Assembly (NCBI GenBank): GCA_002104905.1
Contig: MCFE01000001.1
Coordinates: 62,001 to 126,000, forward strand
Length of the DNA: 64,000 nt
Reading direction: 5' to 3'
From: Basidiobolus meristosporus CBS 931.73
Lineage: Eukaryota; Fungi; Basidiobolomycota
Part shown: in pieces, positions 14,330-26,653 of the stretch
Layout: every line of letters starts with the position of its first letter
Position numbering within the stretch: the stretch's first letter is position 1
Notes under the pieces: generated by a model
Seen by the model: the letters and a program-made list of their open reading frames with translations, nothing else
What the model was told of the DNA's origin: nothing
The model's database searches: none
Program-made: the position numbers and the translations under genes

Positions 14330-17200
14330 TCTTCACTTCAGGGGAATAATCATAGGATCATAGATGTGAAGAAACTGGCAAAGTAGGGACTGCAAATTAG
14401 TCCTACGGTGAGTAAGACTAGTTTAGAATTGCTAAGTAAGTTTTAGCTGCTAAATGATCCAAAATAGTCTAATATTTCAACACTCCCACTCAAATAAATA
14501 ATATTTCAATCCTGGCTCCTCTCTGAGATTCTCAAATTGTGGTCTAGCTGGAGGTTTTGTCAGTATATCTGCCACCATTTTGTCAGTTGGGAAGTAAACT
14601 AGCTCTACCAAGCTATACTCTACATCTTCCCTCACAAAGTGGTGTTGTATAACTGTATGCTTAGTTCTGGCATGATTAGTAGGATTCCTAGCTAATGAAA
14701 TACATCTTTGATTATCTTTGTAAGTACATGTTTGCTCATCTGAATTAAAGCCTAAGTCATTGCGTATTCCATAATTCTGCATGAATTCACCAGCTCTTCC
14801 AACTGCCACTGCAATATCTTGACATGCAGACACCATCAAGTATATCAGGCTACCAGACATTGATTGATAGGGAAAGTTTTAGTCCATATTTAAGCCATTT
14901 TCACCCAAAACTGGCGGAGATTTGCTCTATATTAGATTATTGTCCATAAGGGCAGCTGCAGGCTTGCAGTTTTTCATTTTGAAGCATTTAAGAATGTCCT
15001 TGAGGTACTTGGACTGATTCATCATAATCTTTGAGTAGGTGTGTCATAATTTACTTCAATTTCAAGAAAATAGCTCAATTTTCCAAAATTTTACATCTCC
15101 AATTTGCTGAAGAGATCTGATTTTGTCTGTTTAGGTGCCTCCAGGTCCCTTGTAGCTATTATTAGGTTATTTAAATGAAGAACTAGGATGATCACACCCC
15201 TTTTCAGCTGTTTCACATGTATACTGTTATCTGCAGAGCTACAAATGAACTCAATCTCATCTAGATATGTGTAAATCTTGTTATACCATGCTCTTGGTGC
15301 CTGCGTAAGCCCATACAATAATTTCTGAGTCTGCACACCTTATAATTGCCTTTTGGATTGGTAAAACCTTTTGGTTGCTCCATACATCAAGTTTTGTACA
15401 AGTCCCCATTTAGAAAGGCTACTTTGACGTCTATTTTGTGTAGATCTGAGCACTGTACAGCTGCCAAGGCTAGAACTGTCCTAATGGAGTTACTCATGGC
15501 AACTAGAGCAAAAGCTTCCTTGAAGTCTAGTCCCTGAATCTGGGAACAGCCTTTAGCCACCAATCCAGCATTGTACTTATCAACAGCATCATTTGAGGTT
15601 ATCTTGACCTTGTAGACTCATCTATATCCTATTAGCTTTCTCCCATGGGGTAAATCTACCAGTTCTGATGCTTTTGCTATGATCAGTGATTGGTACTCCT
15701 CCTGCATGGCTTGTTGCCACATGGTAACATCTGGACTTTGCATTGCCTGTTCCAGATTCTGAGGCTTAGCACATAAGGCAAGATAAGCTTCTTCATGAGC
15801 ATTGGATTTCAGCCACCAAAATCTAAGGACATTTCTTATTCTGGTAGATCTCCTAGCTGGGATAATCTGCTTGGATCTGGAGCTGGTAGAGTTTTCTTCC
15901 ATATCTGGCTGAATTTGGTAGGTGTCTTCTTCATTAGTGCTGATTGCATACTCAGGCAGCAGGCCAATGATTTCTGTGGCTTTCTGATTTGTATTCACCT
16001 TAAATACAATGTCCCTGCTCTTGATCAGCTTCTGAATTCCGCAATCATACACTCTATACCCTTTAGTATCATCACAATACCCAAGAATGATCCCCTATCT
16101 ACTCCTTGGTACCAGCTTTGAGCATTTTTTGTCAGGGATGTGATAAACAACACCACAGCCAAAGATCTTGAGGAGCTGGAGGTCTAGTTTTTTGCCTGAA
16201 TATGCTTCAAAGAGTGTAGAATCACATAGCGCTGTTGTTGGGCATCCATTCTTGATTTGTACTGTGGTAGCAACAGATTATGTCCATGTCTTATAGTCCA
16301 TTCCTTTATCATGTAGCACAGATCTTCCCATCTCCACAATTGTTCTATTTGCATGTTCTGCTACCTCATTTTGCTATGGAGTACTTGGAAAAGTGGTCTG
16401 TTGAAGTATACCAGTAGATCAGTGGTATTTTGCAAGCTTCTTTGAGCAGTATTCCCCTCTATTGTTACTTTGGAGTATCTTCAGTTTACACCCAGTTTAT
16501 TTTTCTGCCATGTTCTTGAAGTTTTTAAATGTCTCTAAATCCTCTTCTTTGTCTTAAGGAAGTATAACCATGAATATCTTGTCTTGTCACCAATAAATAT
16601 CATTAAGTACATCTTGGCTCCAAAGGACAGTGTTCTCATGGGCCCACATATGTCTGAGTGTACAATAGCCAATATTTCAGTGGTGTTGATGCCTCCTGAG
16701 CTCCTAAATCACTGCCCAGCTTGTTTGCCAAATGAACATCCCTTACAGACACTCAATTTTATCAGAATTGAGTAATTAGGCCTAAAACAAGATGACCTTT
16801 CACCAATTGACTCATTTTCTGTTCTGCCACGTGGCCTAGCCTCCTATGCCACATCTCCCAGTTAGTTTAATCAGTTTCAGCTATGTTAGCATACTCAGGT
16901 GCAATGATCTTGCATTGTAACTTATATACACTATGATCTCTGATTTCCAGAGCTAATTTTTGTCCACTTTCACTTGATATTGAGTAGTTCAGCTTAGTGA
17001 ACACAAATATCTGTCCCTGAGCAATTGCTTTACTGACTGAGAGTAGGTTCTTAGATATTCCAGGTACGTAGAGTATGTCAGTCAGTTTGGTTGCTGTAGC
17101 CCCTGAGATAAGTCTGTATCCTGATTCTCCAAAGTCTGTAGCTCTTCCCATCAAACCTCTCCTTTACAGGGAAGATGTTTGTATTGTTCTCTTTGCTTGT
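14330..17200 (-). mobile_element. Decayed, internally deleted Ty1/copia family-A element
   Basis: PPT gagtgggag (14483-14491) next to LTR start tgttgaaatatt (14482); RNase H HARTKHTVIQHHFVRE..MVADILTKP; RT YGLTQAPRAWY; GAG-pre-integrase KNLLSVSK. Confidence 0.85.
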
Positions 17201-17204
17201 ACAA

Positions 17205-17610
17205 GTCATCATCAATGACGTAAGAATGTATTAAGTAGGTGCTGGAAGGTTCTAAGAGGCACAGCACATCCAACCAATCAGGAATCAGTACCTTGAAATC
17301 CATGTGACTTAGGGATACCATATATGGTATAGAAATGGTAGGGATGGAGACATGGGCTGACTATGTGCCACAGGTACTGATGCAGGTACTTGCTTAATAT
17401 AGAAGCACTTGCTGCTAGTAATTCTACATTAAGTGAGGGATAACTTATGCAATAATGTAAGCAGGTGGGATAGTCAGCCAGCTTATGGAATAGTACTGAT
17501 CAGGTAAGACAAATGGGATAACACTAAAATAAGTGTAATAGTGATATAGAGAAGTGGAAAATATGGGAATGGGCACATCTGTCAGTGGGTGTTGCTGTGA
17601 CCCCACTACA
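17205..17610 (-). repeat. Gypsy family-C LTR; distal end uncertain
   Basis: Inverted homologue of 21962-22331 plus 27018-27060; both copies start tgtagtggggtcacag, with unrelated flanks. Confidence 0.65.
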
Positions 17611-19181
17611 ATGGCTGACAGCACTCAATATCTTGGGTACTGATTGTTGGGCAGGCAAGCAGACAGATTGTCCTGGAGGGGACTAGGCCTGCTTGCAATC
17701 ACACAAACATGGTCATGAGCTGCTTGTTACTTGCAGCAAGGATTGCAATGTAAAATCAGGGGAAAATCTGCTGAATACTGTTGTTAGAAACGTGAGATAT
17801 TGTATATGCATTTGGGTACAACTTAACTGAAGAACTAACTTGTAACTCAATGTGCATATCTACGTATTTGTAGGCTTAAAGTTGGAAAAATTTGATCAAA
17901 ATTCTAATCTTCTTCTTTGATCCTTTGCACAGGCTTAAATAATATGCTGAATCCAATTTTCAGATCATAATATTAGTATTTATTGCGTCTGGGCTACTCA
18001 ATGCTTCTCATTTGAACTCCATTGACCCACTTGTGGTCATGTTAAGGACTTGTTGTTTATGGCAGATCTGGAGTTTCCTAATTTCTGGGCAACAGTTTTA
18101 TTTGTTTAGACAACTTCACTCTATGTTCATATTATATTCAAGGACGGTTACATACATTATATAGACTCTATATGAGGTAAAAGAGATGACCTTTATTGGC
18201 CCATGTTAAGGTTTTGCGCCTGGGCCAGATCATCCTCACTTCCTGGAACTAAGGCACATACAACATGGCTAAAAAAGGTGTTTGCTCAACTCTGAGCTGC
18301 ATTGACTTGCTCCCACTTGGACCACTTTAGTTTAGCAATTCAAATCCACAAAAAAGAATCTATTATGGTCATCTTTGTCTTCCTCAAGTAGCAATAACTT
18401 TAACTGGATTGATTTCTTCATTTATAGTTAATTCAAGATCCATTTGCTTCTTCATTCACCCAGTTTGGTATCAGAAAGTGCCATTAGATATTTGGTAGCC
18501 ATTTTTAGAGTGCATCTACTGATTTGGACTGATAAAGCTGCTTTTGTCATATCAGAATATACTTGTAGAGTAGAGGTAGGTGCTTTTTCTAAAGTGAGAC
18601 TCTGCTTGACAAGGACTTTGAAGATACTTATTCTCCTGATAGTAACTTGCAACCATGTGCTTGGCTTGAAAGGCCAACAGATTGTCTTAGTACCTTCAAA
18701 ATCTTTAAAAACTATCTGGCTGATCCTTGCATCTTTTTCTTTCAGCTCTATAGACAGCAGATATCAGGATATCTGCTTTATATAATATGCTCTGATATAT
18801 CCTACAATGTCTGACAGATCCTGTTGAAATTTCTGAGCACTTCTGGGCTTTCTGGCTTAAGAACTTTATACAAAATGCTCTGTAGAGCATATCTGCATTG
18901 CCAGATAGTCCAAACAGAGCTTACATATATTTTGTCTCCATTTGGGAAGTGCCCCAATTTGCAGCAATAGTATTTTCCATTTTTCTTCTTTTTCTTTTTC
19001 TGCTGATGACCCAAGGGAGCTTCATTTTGTGATATGGTTCTGGACTTCCTTACAGGTGACACCACAGTGTGTTGGAGCATATCAGATCTCATGACATTGT
19101 TAGTCCAGAATGTTTGACTATTGGAGAGTGATACAGTCAATATTGATATCCACCTAGATCATTAATTACTTTGATTAGAGT

Positions 19182-21290
19182 TGTTGTGCATCTACATTTA
19201 AAACTTGGCCAATTTCACTCTGTTAGAAAATCTAGTACCCCATTGATATTCCAAACCCAACAATAACTAATCCCTGTTATGGTATATTTTATCACATCTC
19301 AGAATCTATTTTTAGCTGTCACACCTGATCAATTTTCTTATAGTCATTACATCCTCAACTTATCTACCAAGCCTTTGCACATGATTAGTCATCAGAGATC
19401 TATCCAGCCACTTGGTAGTTGCCAAGACATTGGCTGATCAATGATGCATATTTCCATTTATCTTATGCGCCTATCAACACCCCACCAATTTCAATTAGTT
19501 TAGCCTTTTGGTGCTCACTAATCAACTTGATCAGAATAGTATAAACAAAGCTTACTGCACCTTTTGACTTAGCATGTGTCTCAATAAAATCAAGATTATG
19601 TTTCAGCAAAATTAAGAATTCAACAATTCTGTTCTAGTTTCTACCCAAGGATAGCATATCTAGCACTCCAAAGAGCACTAATCCCAGCCTGCATAGCAAA
19701 CTAAACCTGTTGCCATTATAGCCCAACTCAGCTATATACAAGACCAATATTAGACCAGAACCTCTCTGCTAGGATCTCTGTCACTCTAGACAATTCTAAG
19801 ATTCTGCACTTAGTTGTCACTTAGGTTCAGTTAACTCATTCAAGAGTTTTATTACACTTTTCTCTTGATATAACTTCTTTTTTGTCGAATTCCATTACAT
19901 TCAACCACTTAAAGTATAGACTTGTTCCATTGGATAGTGCCACATTGAGCCATGAGTGCCATATAATGCCATAGTGTGCCAGAGAGGCCAAGTGAGCCTA
20001 TACTTGGTCACTGAGTGTGAAACATAGCTCTGCATCTTCATGCAAAGCACCCCTTGTGTTTCACCCTTTGTGTTAGAGAAAATCCATTTTTGGTTGTTTT
20101 TTGTAGACCAATGTTGTGAAGGATGCATAAGAGCACAGAAGAACTGAAGACATGCATCTGGTACTCAATACCCATGGCACTCTGAATCTAGCTCCTGTGG
20201 CTTGTAACATGTCACAAAAATGCATGGCACTATCTTGGTCCACTAGTACTATCTGGCACTATATTTAATTATTAGCCCTAAAGTAAGATTTATACAAAGT
20301 ACTAATAGTGCCAGATAGTACTAGTGGACCAAGATAGTGCCATGCATTTTTGTGACATGTTACAAGCCACAGGAGCTAGATTCAGAGTGCCATGGGTATC
20401 AAGTACTGGATGCATAACTTCAATTCTTTTGTGCTCTTACACATCCTTCACAACATTGACCTAAAAAAAAGGTAAAAAAATGGATATTCTTCAGCACAAC
20501 GGGTGAAACACAGGGGCTGCTTTGCATGAAGATGCAGAGCTATGCTTCACACTCTGTGGCCAAGTATAGGCTCACTTGGCCTCCCTGGCACACTTTGGCA
20601 TCATTTGGCACTCATGGCTCAATGTGGCACTATCCAACAGAACAAGTCTTATGTCTTCAGCACCAAGTAATCCAAATCCTTCCATATTGGAAGAGGCCCA
20701 AAGAAACCAGGAAGAACTGAGTCAACAGCTTGAGAACATCATGCATGAAAGATACACCTTGATGCTTGAGCACTCAAAGCTTGCCAAGATAAGATCTGAA
20801 AACTGTTGTAGAGATGAACTCCTTGAAGGTATATCTGGTTACCAAGATAAAATAAGAATTATCAAAGAAGCTCTGGAGATTGTTGCCAGTGTAATTGACC
20901 TCATTAAAGTCTGCCAAGCCTTGCTCTGCATCAACCACCAAGAATCATGCCTTTGGATCTTCCAGATTAACATCTTCCTCTAGACCTGCCTTGGTAGTTG
21001 TCCCAAGATCCTTGCCTCTTTATGCTGAAGGAGCCAAGACCATACTGAGTCTACTGAGCTTCTTTACAAGTTTAGTTATCTCTTAGATGCACACCAGCAA
21101 GACCCTGACACCAATTGGGCTAGACTTCTGCCTCTCTGTCTCACAATGCAAGATGCTGACTGAGTTGAAGTGAACAGTCTTTCCAATAGTACATGGAAAA
21201 TTGCCCAAAACCTCTTTTGCAGCCATTGTGAAGATCCCCTCAAGAAAGCACATTTGAACCAGATCTATACTGACAATATTTTATTGGTGC
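19182..21290 (+). mobile_element. Partial gypsy family-B element: LTR 19182-~19875 and ORF1 from 20651, interrupted by the MITE
   Basis: LTR matches 39708-40404 inverted; MSSAPSNPNPSILEEAQRNQEE matches MSSAASNPNLSMLEEAQRNQEE at 39667 (-). Confidence 0.7.
19918..20649. mobile_element. Foldback MITE, 732 bp: two 345-bp inverted arms with a 42-bp spacer and TAT TSD
   Basis: Starts agacttgttccattggatagtgccaca, ends tgtggcactatccaacagaacaagtct; tat at 19915-19917 and 20650-20652. Confidence 0.9.
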
Positions 21291-21955
21291 TGTAACAATA
21301 TTTGCATGGTATTGTTGTGGTCTTGTAGTGCTCTATAACTATTTTAAGTGGATCCAATTGGCCAGGACATGCAATTGCTTTATATGGCAAGAAACTTGAC
21401 AGTATTTTGACAGCCTCACTGCAAGACTCTGATGGCATTATATTGAGAGTACAACAGTCTACTGCTGGTTCTGTATAATGCTACAATACCAACTTACCAA
21501 ATGGTATTTCCTTTTTCTACCTCCCCTTGTGCAATTCATATACTCCACTGTAGAATCACCCCTCTTTATTAGCTTACCCACTACTACCTTGGGTATTCCA
21601 CATATAGATTGAATCAAAAAAACTATGGCCTCCTGCTTACTAACCTCTATAAATGCACACACCTGCTGCAATGGACATACTTCTATCACCTAAACTTTAC
21701 AGCTTTTTAGCATGATACTTGCAAAGTTGCCATATACCTTGTACTGCAGGTAATAAATACATCTTGCAAACATATGCTTTGTTGTTGCCACTTCTGCCAT
21801 GAATACCTCCTGAACATCTGCAAAGAACTTCTTGGTATTTAGCCAATATAGTCCTTCTCCCTGTTGGATTCTAGTCCCCCTTAAAGCTGTGCTCTGGCTT
21901 TTGTTTATGTGAATCCCATATTGAATGGTGTAAAAGTTGGCTGTGACCATGAGAA
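21290..21955 (-). pseudogene. 3' fragment of the CACTA-type transposase and its downstream region
   Basis: FADVQEVFMAEVATTKHMFARCIY matches 10397..10627; inverted DNA homology to 10330-10970. Confidence 0.75.
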
Positions 21956-22679
21956 ATCCGGTGTAGTGGGGTCACAGTGACACCCACTGACAGATGTGCT
22001 CATTCCCATATTTTCTACTTCCCTATTTCTCTACTACACATCTTTTAGTTTTATCCCATTTGTCATACTTGATCAGTACTATCCCATAAGCTGGTTGACT
22101 ATCTCAACTGCTTACCTTAATGCATGATTTATCCCTCACTTTATTTAAAATTACTAGCTGTAAGTGCTTTTATACTAGGCAAGTATTCTCACCAGTACCT
22201 GCAACACATGATCTACCTGTGTCACCATCCCAGCCATTTCCACACCATATATGGTATCCCTATATTACACAGGTCTCAGAGTACTGATTCCTGATTGGTT
22301 GGATGTGCTGTGGCTTTTAGAACCTTCTGGCTGTTGTAAAATTTGTAATTCCACCTAAATATTCACCTAACTTAGTCACTTAGATCATTACCCTTATATC
22401 CTAGAGAATACTGACCAAATTCCTTGTCAGGATTTACTTAGAATATTTTCACCAAAATGCCAGGTACCCAGAACATGAAAATTCTCAAAGTTGTCCAAAC
22501 AGCCTCAAACTTTGCACACATGTTCTTGGGACCTTCCTTAGCCTATTCTATGTGCTTGTAATGCCAAGACCAGGTAAAAGTATAAATACTACTTTTACAT
22601 TCAATAAATTGTTAAGTGAAAACCACATAATCTACTTGTTCTCCCAATCACTTCCAATATCTCCAAGACTCTTACAACA

Positions 22680-22691
22680 GGTTATGAGCCC
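22680..22691 (+). promoter_or_regulatory. Copia primer-binding site complementary to the anticodon region of initiator tRNA-Met (half-tRNA priming type)
   Basis: GGTTATGAGCCC directly after the 5' LTR; it is the reverse complement of GGGCTCATAACC. Confidence 0.85.
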
Positions 22692-22710
22692 CAAGCTGTC
22701 ACTCTCTGCA

Positions 22711-25700
22711 ATGTCTACTACTGCTATTACTGGAATTTTTTCTCTGCTGAAAAGTTGGATGGATCTAACTACCAAGTGTGGAAGGTGAAGATGAAGATGC
22801 TGCTACAAGAAAGAGGCCTTTGGGATATTGTCATGGGAGAAGAATGCCCTCCTAAAAACGTGGGAGAGGAAGCCTTAAAGTACCAGAAGAAAGAACAAAG
22901 TGCCTTTAACTGCATTTGCCTTAATGTCAAGGACAAATTGCTAATTCAATGCTCAAGAGCAAAAACGGCAAAGAATGCCTGGAAAGCATTGGAAGACACC
23001 TACCAGTCATGTTCAGCTGCCAAGAAAATGTATCTGAGACAAAAATTCTTTACTACAAAGATGCTGCCAGGTGAAGAAATGAAAAATCTAATTAACAGAA
23101 TTACCCTGCTGGTAGATGAGATGGAATCTGTGGGCGTACCAACTACTGATGAGGATGTGATAGTTACCATCCTGAATAGCCTGACAGACAAGTTTCAGGG
23201 TCTTGTATCAGCCCTAGAGTCCAGAACTGACGATTTGACCTTATATTATGTATATGGAAGGCTCCTGGATGAAGAATTAAGAAAATCAAGCGCCAATAAA
23301 AAGGAAGAAAAAATGCTTTAATAAGCAATGATAACCAACAAAGGAGGTACCCAAGACCCTACAAAGGCAACAGCAACCTATTTTGCAACTACTGCAAGAG
23401 GAAAGGACACACATCAGACTGGTGTCTCAAAAAGAGAGATTATCAGCAAAAGAAGCCTGAATATGGAAATGCTGCAACAACTGAAGATAGACTATTCATA
23501 TCTGCACTAAATATGACCACAAACAAGGATTCTCAGACGTGGTATATTGACTCTGGAGCTTCTTAACACTTTACACACCAAAAAGAACTTTTTACCCAAT
23601 ATCAAGAAATTCCAATTAAGAAGGTTTTCATGGGCAACAATAGAACACTTGATGCAGTGGGAGAAGGAACCATCCAAGTAAACCTTAGAAGCAGTGAAGG
23701 AAGCCATACACTGACCTTTAAAGAAGTACTCTATGTACCAGAAATAGCCAAGAACCTACTCTCTGTAAGCAAGGCCACAGCAGAAGGACTCAGTTTCACT
23801 TTTGACAATTCTGGATGCAGGATCACTGATAAAAATGGTGCCCATATTGCTTTGGGCATCAGAGATCAGAATCTATACAAGTTGACTTATATTCCATCAT
23901 ATTTGGAAGCCAATATAAGTAACTTAAGTGAAGAAACACCAATGCTTTGGCACAGGAGATTTGGACACATCAATTTGGATTATTTGCGTAAAATGATCAA
24001 AGATCAGCTAATTTCTGGAGTAAGAATTGATCCCCCAGCTAGTTTGGAGCACTATGAAGCCTGCATACATGGGAAACAAGCCAGACAACCATTCCAGAGC
24101 TCTGGGTTAATCAAAACTAAGAAAAAATTAGATCTAATTCACTCAGATCTGTGTGGACCTATGCAAAATTCATTCTTAGGCGGGATGAAGTATTTAATCA
24201 CTTTTATTGATGTTTATACAAGATACACATGGGTCTACTTCATGGAGAGAAAGGAAGAAGCTCAGTCTAAGCTCAGGGAGTTTAAAGACATGGTGGAGAG
24301 AGAAACTGGTGAAAAAATCAAGAAAATACGCCCTGACAATGGTGGAGAATATACCTCAAAACTCTTCATCCACTTCTGCAAAATTCATGGGATAAAGCAA
24401 GAGACTACTGTACCATACTACCCACAGCAAGATGGAGTAGCCAAACGAGCTAACAGATCAATAATTTATATGGCAAGATCTATGATCCATGATCAAAAAT
24501 TATCCTACGATTTTTGGGCGGAATCAGTTGCCACTGCTGTATACCTTAAAAATAGGAGTTATAACAGAATACTTCGTGATTCTACTCCATTTGAAGCATG
24601 GTATGGATGCAGACCAAGTGCAGAACATCTAAGAATATTTGGGTGTACAGCATATGCCAAAAAACAGGCCGGAAATCAGTCAAAATTTGAGCCAAAAAGT
24701 GTAAAATGTAAATTTTTGGGCTACTGCAATGAGAGTAAGGCATTCAGACTCTACAATACCCAAGCAAGGAAGCTTATCAAGTCCAGGGATGTGTTGTCTG
24801 ATGAAAATTCAAAATTTTCACAAAAAATGACATCAGATGATGACGAAAATTTGATCTCAAGTCCACCAATTGTCAGGATTGAATCAGAGCAAGACAATGA
24901 AAATTTTTTCACTCCAGAGGACTCTGCAACCGTGGTTCAGCCAGAATCAGTGCCCAGGAATATCCCAGAAGTGATCATTCTGGTATCAAATGCCCGGAGA
25001 CCAAATCAGACAAGAAATAGCCCAAATTACTATATTAATGAGGGTACAAACTTAGCCTATGCCTACTCAGTCCATATTGGTGAACCCCAGACTGTAAAAG
25101 AGGCCCTAATTAGCCCTCAGACAAAGTTTTGGAGATCTGCAATGACTGAAGAATATCAGGCCCTGATGGAAAATCAAACTTGGGACTTAGTCAAATTACC
25201 AATCAACCAAAAATCAATTGGATGCAGATGGGTCTTCAAGACAAAATACAAGGCTGATGGTACAATTGAAAGATACAAAGCAAGACTTGTAGCCAAAGGA
25301 TACTCTCAAACAAAAGGACTCGACTATACTGAGACCTTTGCACCGGTAGCCAAGTTTAATTCCATCAGATTAATTTTGGCTATTGCAGCCAAATATACGC
25401 TTTTTATTCATTAAATGGATGTAAAAACTGCATTTTTGAATGGAGAACTTGATGAGGGCATGTATATGGACCATCCTGATGGATTTGTTGACCAATATAA
25501 CCCCCATTTGGTCTGCAAGCTTAAAAAGTCACTATATGGTCTCAAACAATCACCAAGAGCCTGGAATTGCAAGATAGATTCTTATTTGGAATCTTTGAGT
25601 TTCAAAAGAAGTAATGCTGACTATAGTATATACTATAAGCCAGATAGAGCAAATCCAGTTCTATTAGCTCTATATGTGGATGATCTTATTATAGCTGCCA

Positions 25701-26653
25701 ATAACCTAGTTACATTGGAAGAAACTAAATCCAGCCTATCTAAGGAGTTCAAGATCTCTGATTTAGGAGAACTTAGTTACTACTTAGGGGTTAAGTTCGC
25801 CATAGACAGAAGTACCCAGACTATCACCCTAAGCCAATCCAAGTATATTCAAGATATACTAAAGAAGTACCAAATGGAAGACTGTAAACCAGCAGCTACC
25901 CCAATGGAGACAAACATTAACTTGGTCAAAACTCAACCAAATCAAGAGAGCTTGGTGCCATCTGAAAGCCCTGACTTCCCTTATCAATCTATGGGCGGCA
26001 GTCTGATGTATATCATGCTTGGAACATGTCCAGATATCTCATATTCAGTGGGAGTTGTCAGCCAACATAATCAGAACTATGGATCTGATCATATTGCAGC
26101 AGTTAAGCGGATTTTTAGATACCTAAAAGGAACTGCTGATATTTGCTTAAGATACACTTATAAGGACTCAGAACAAGATCTTGTGGGATACTCTGATGCA
26201 GATTGGGGACGAAATTTAGAAGACAGAAGATCCACCACACAATACACCTTTCTTTAGTGTAAAGGAGCAATTCCATGGAATTCAAGAAAGCAACCAACTG
26301 TAGCACTTTCCACCACAGAGGCAGAGTATATGGCAGCCTGTGAAGCTACAAAAGAAGCAATGTGGTTAAGAAAGCTGTTTTCAGATTTAGGCCTATGTCA
26401 AAAAACGCCTATTACTTTATTTCAAGATAATCAAGGATGTATACAATTAGGTAGAAATCCAACTTTTCATGCTAGAACCAAGCACATAGATATTAGACAT
26501 CATTTCATACGTGAAGCTATAGAGAATTACTTAGTTAGCTTAGTTTACTGTCCTACAGATGAAATGATTGCAGACATATTTACCAAACCATTAGCTAGAG
26601 ACAAGTTTGAATATCTCAGGTCAAAATTAGGACTAGTCAGTATGAACATTTAG
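22711..26653 (+). pseudogene. Copia gag-pol with a few lesions
   Basis: KLDGSNYQVWK gag start, CNYCKRKGHTSDWC, WYIDSGAS*, HRRFGH, HSDLCGP, LYVDDL and YSDADW; frameshifts near 22740 and 23320; stops near 23565, at 25412 and at 26255. Confidence 0.92.

Noticed and set aside
17604-17610. CACTACA as a CACTA terminal repeat
   Set aside because: It is the reverse complement of the TGTAGTG start of the gypsy family-C LTR.
17620-19180. Possible Ulp1-like protease (HIIFKDGYIHYIDS) or LINE RT remnant
   Set aside because: Too many stops and only weak motif resemblance; left unassigned. A translated HMM search would decide.
22680-22691. tRNA-Met gene
   Set aside because: Only a 12-nt antisense match (the PBS), with no cloverleaf.
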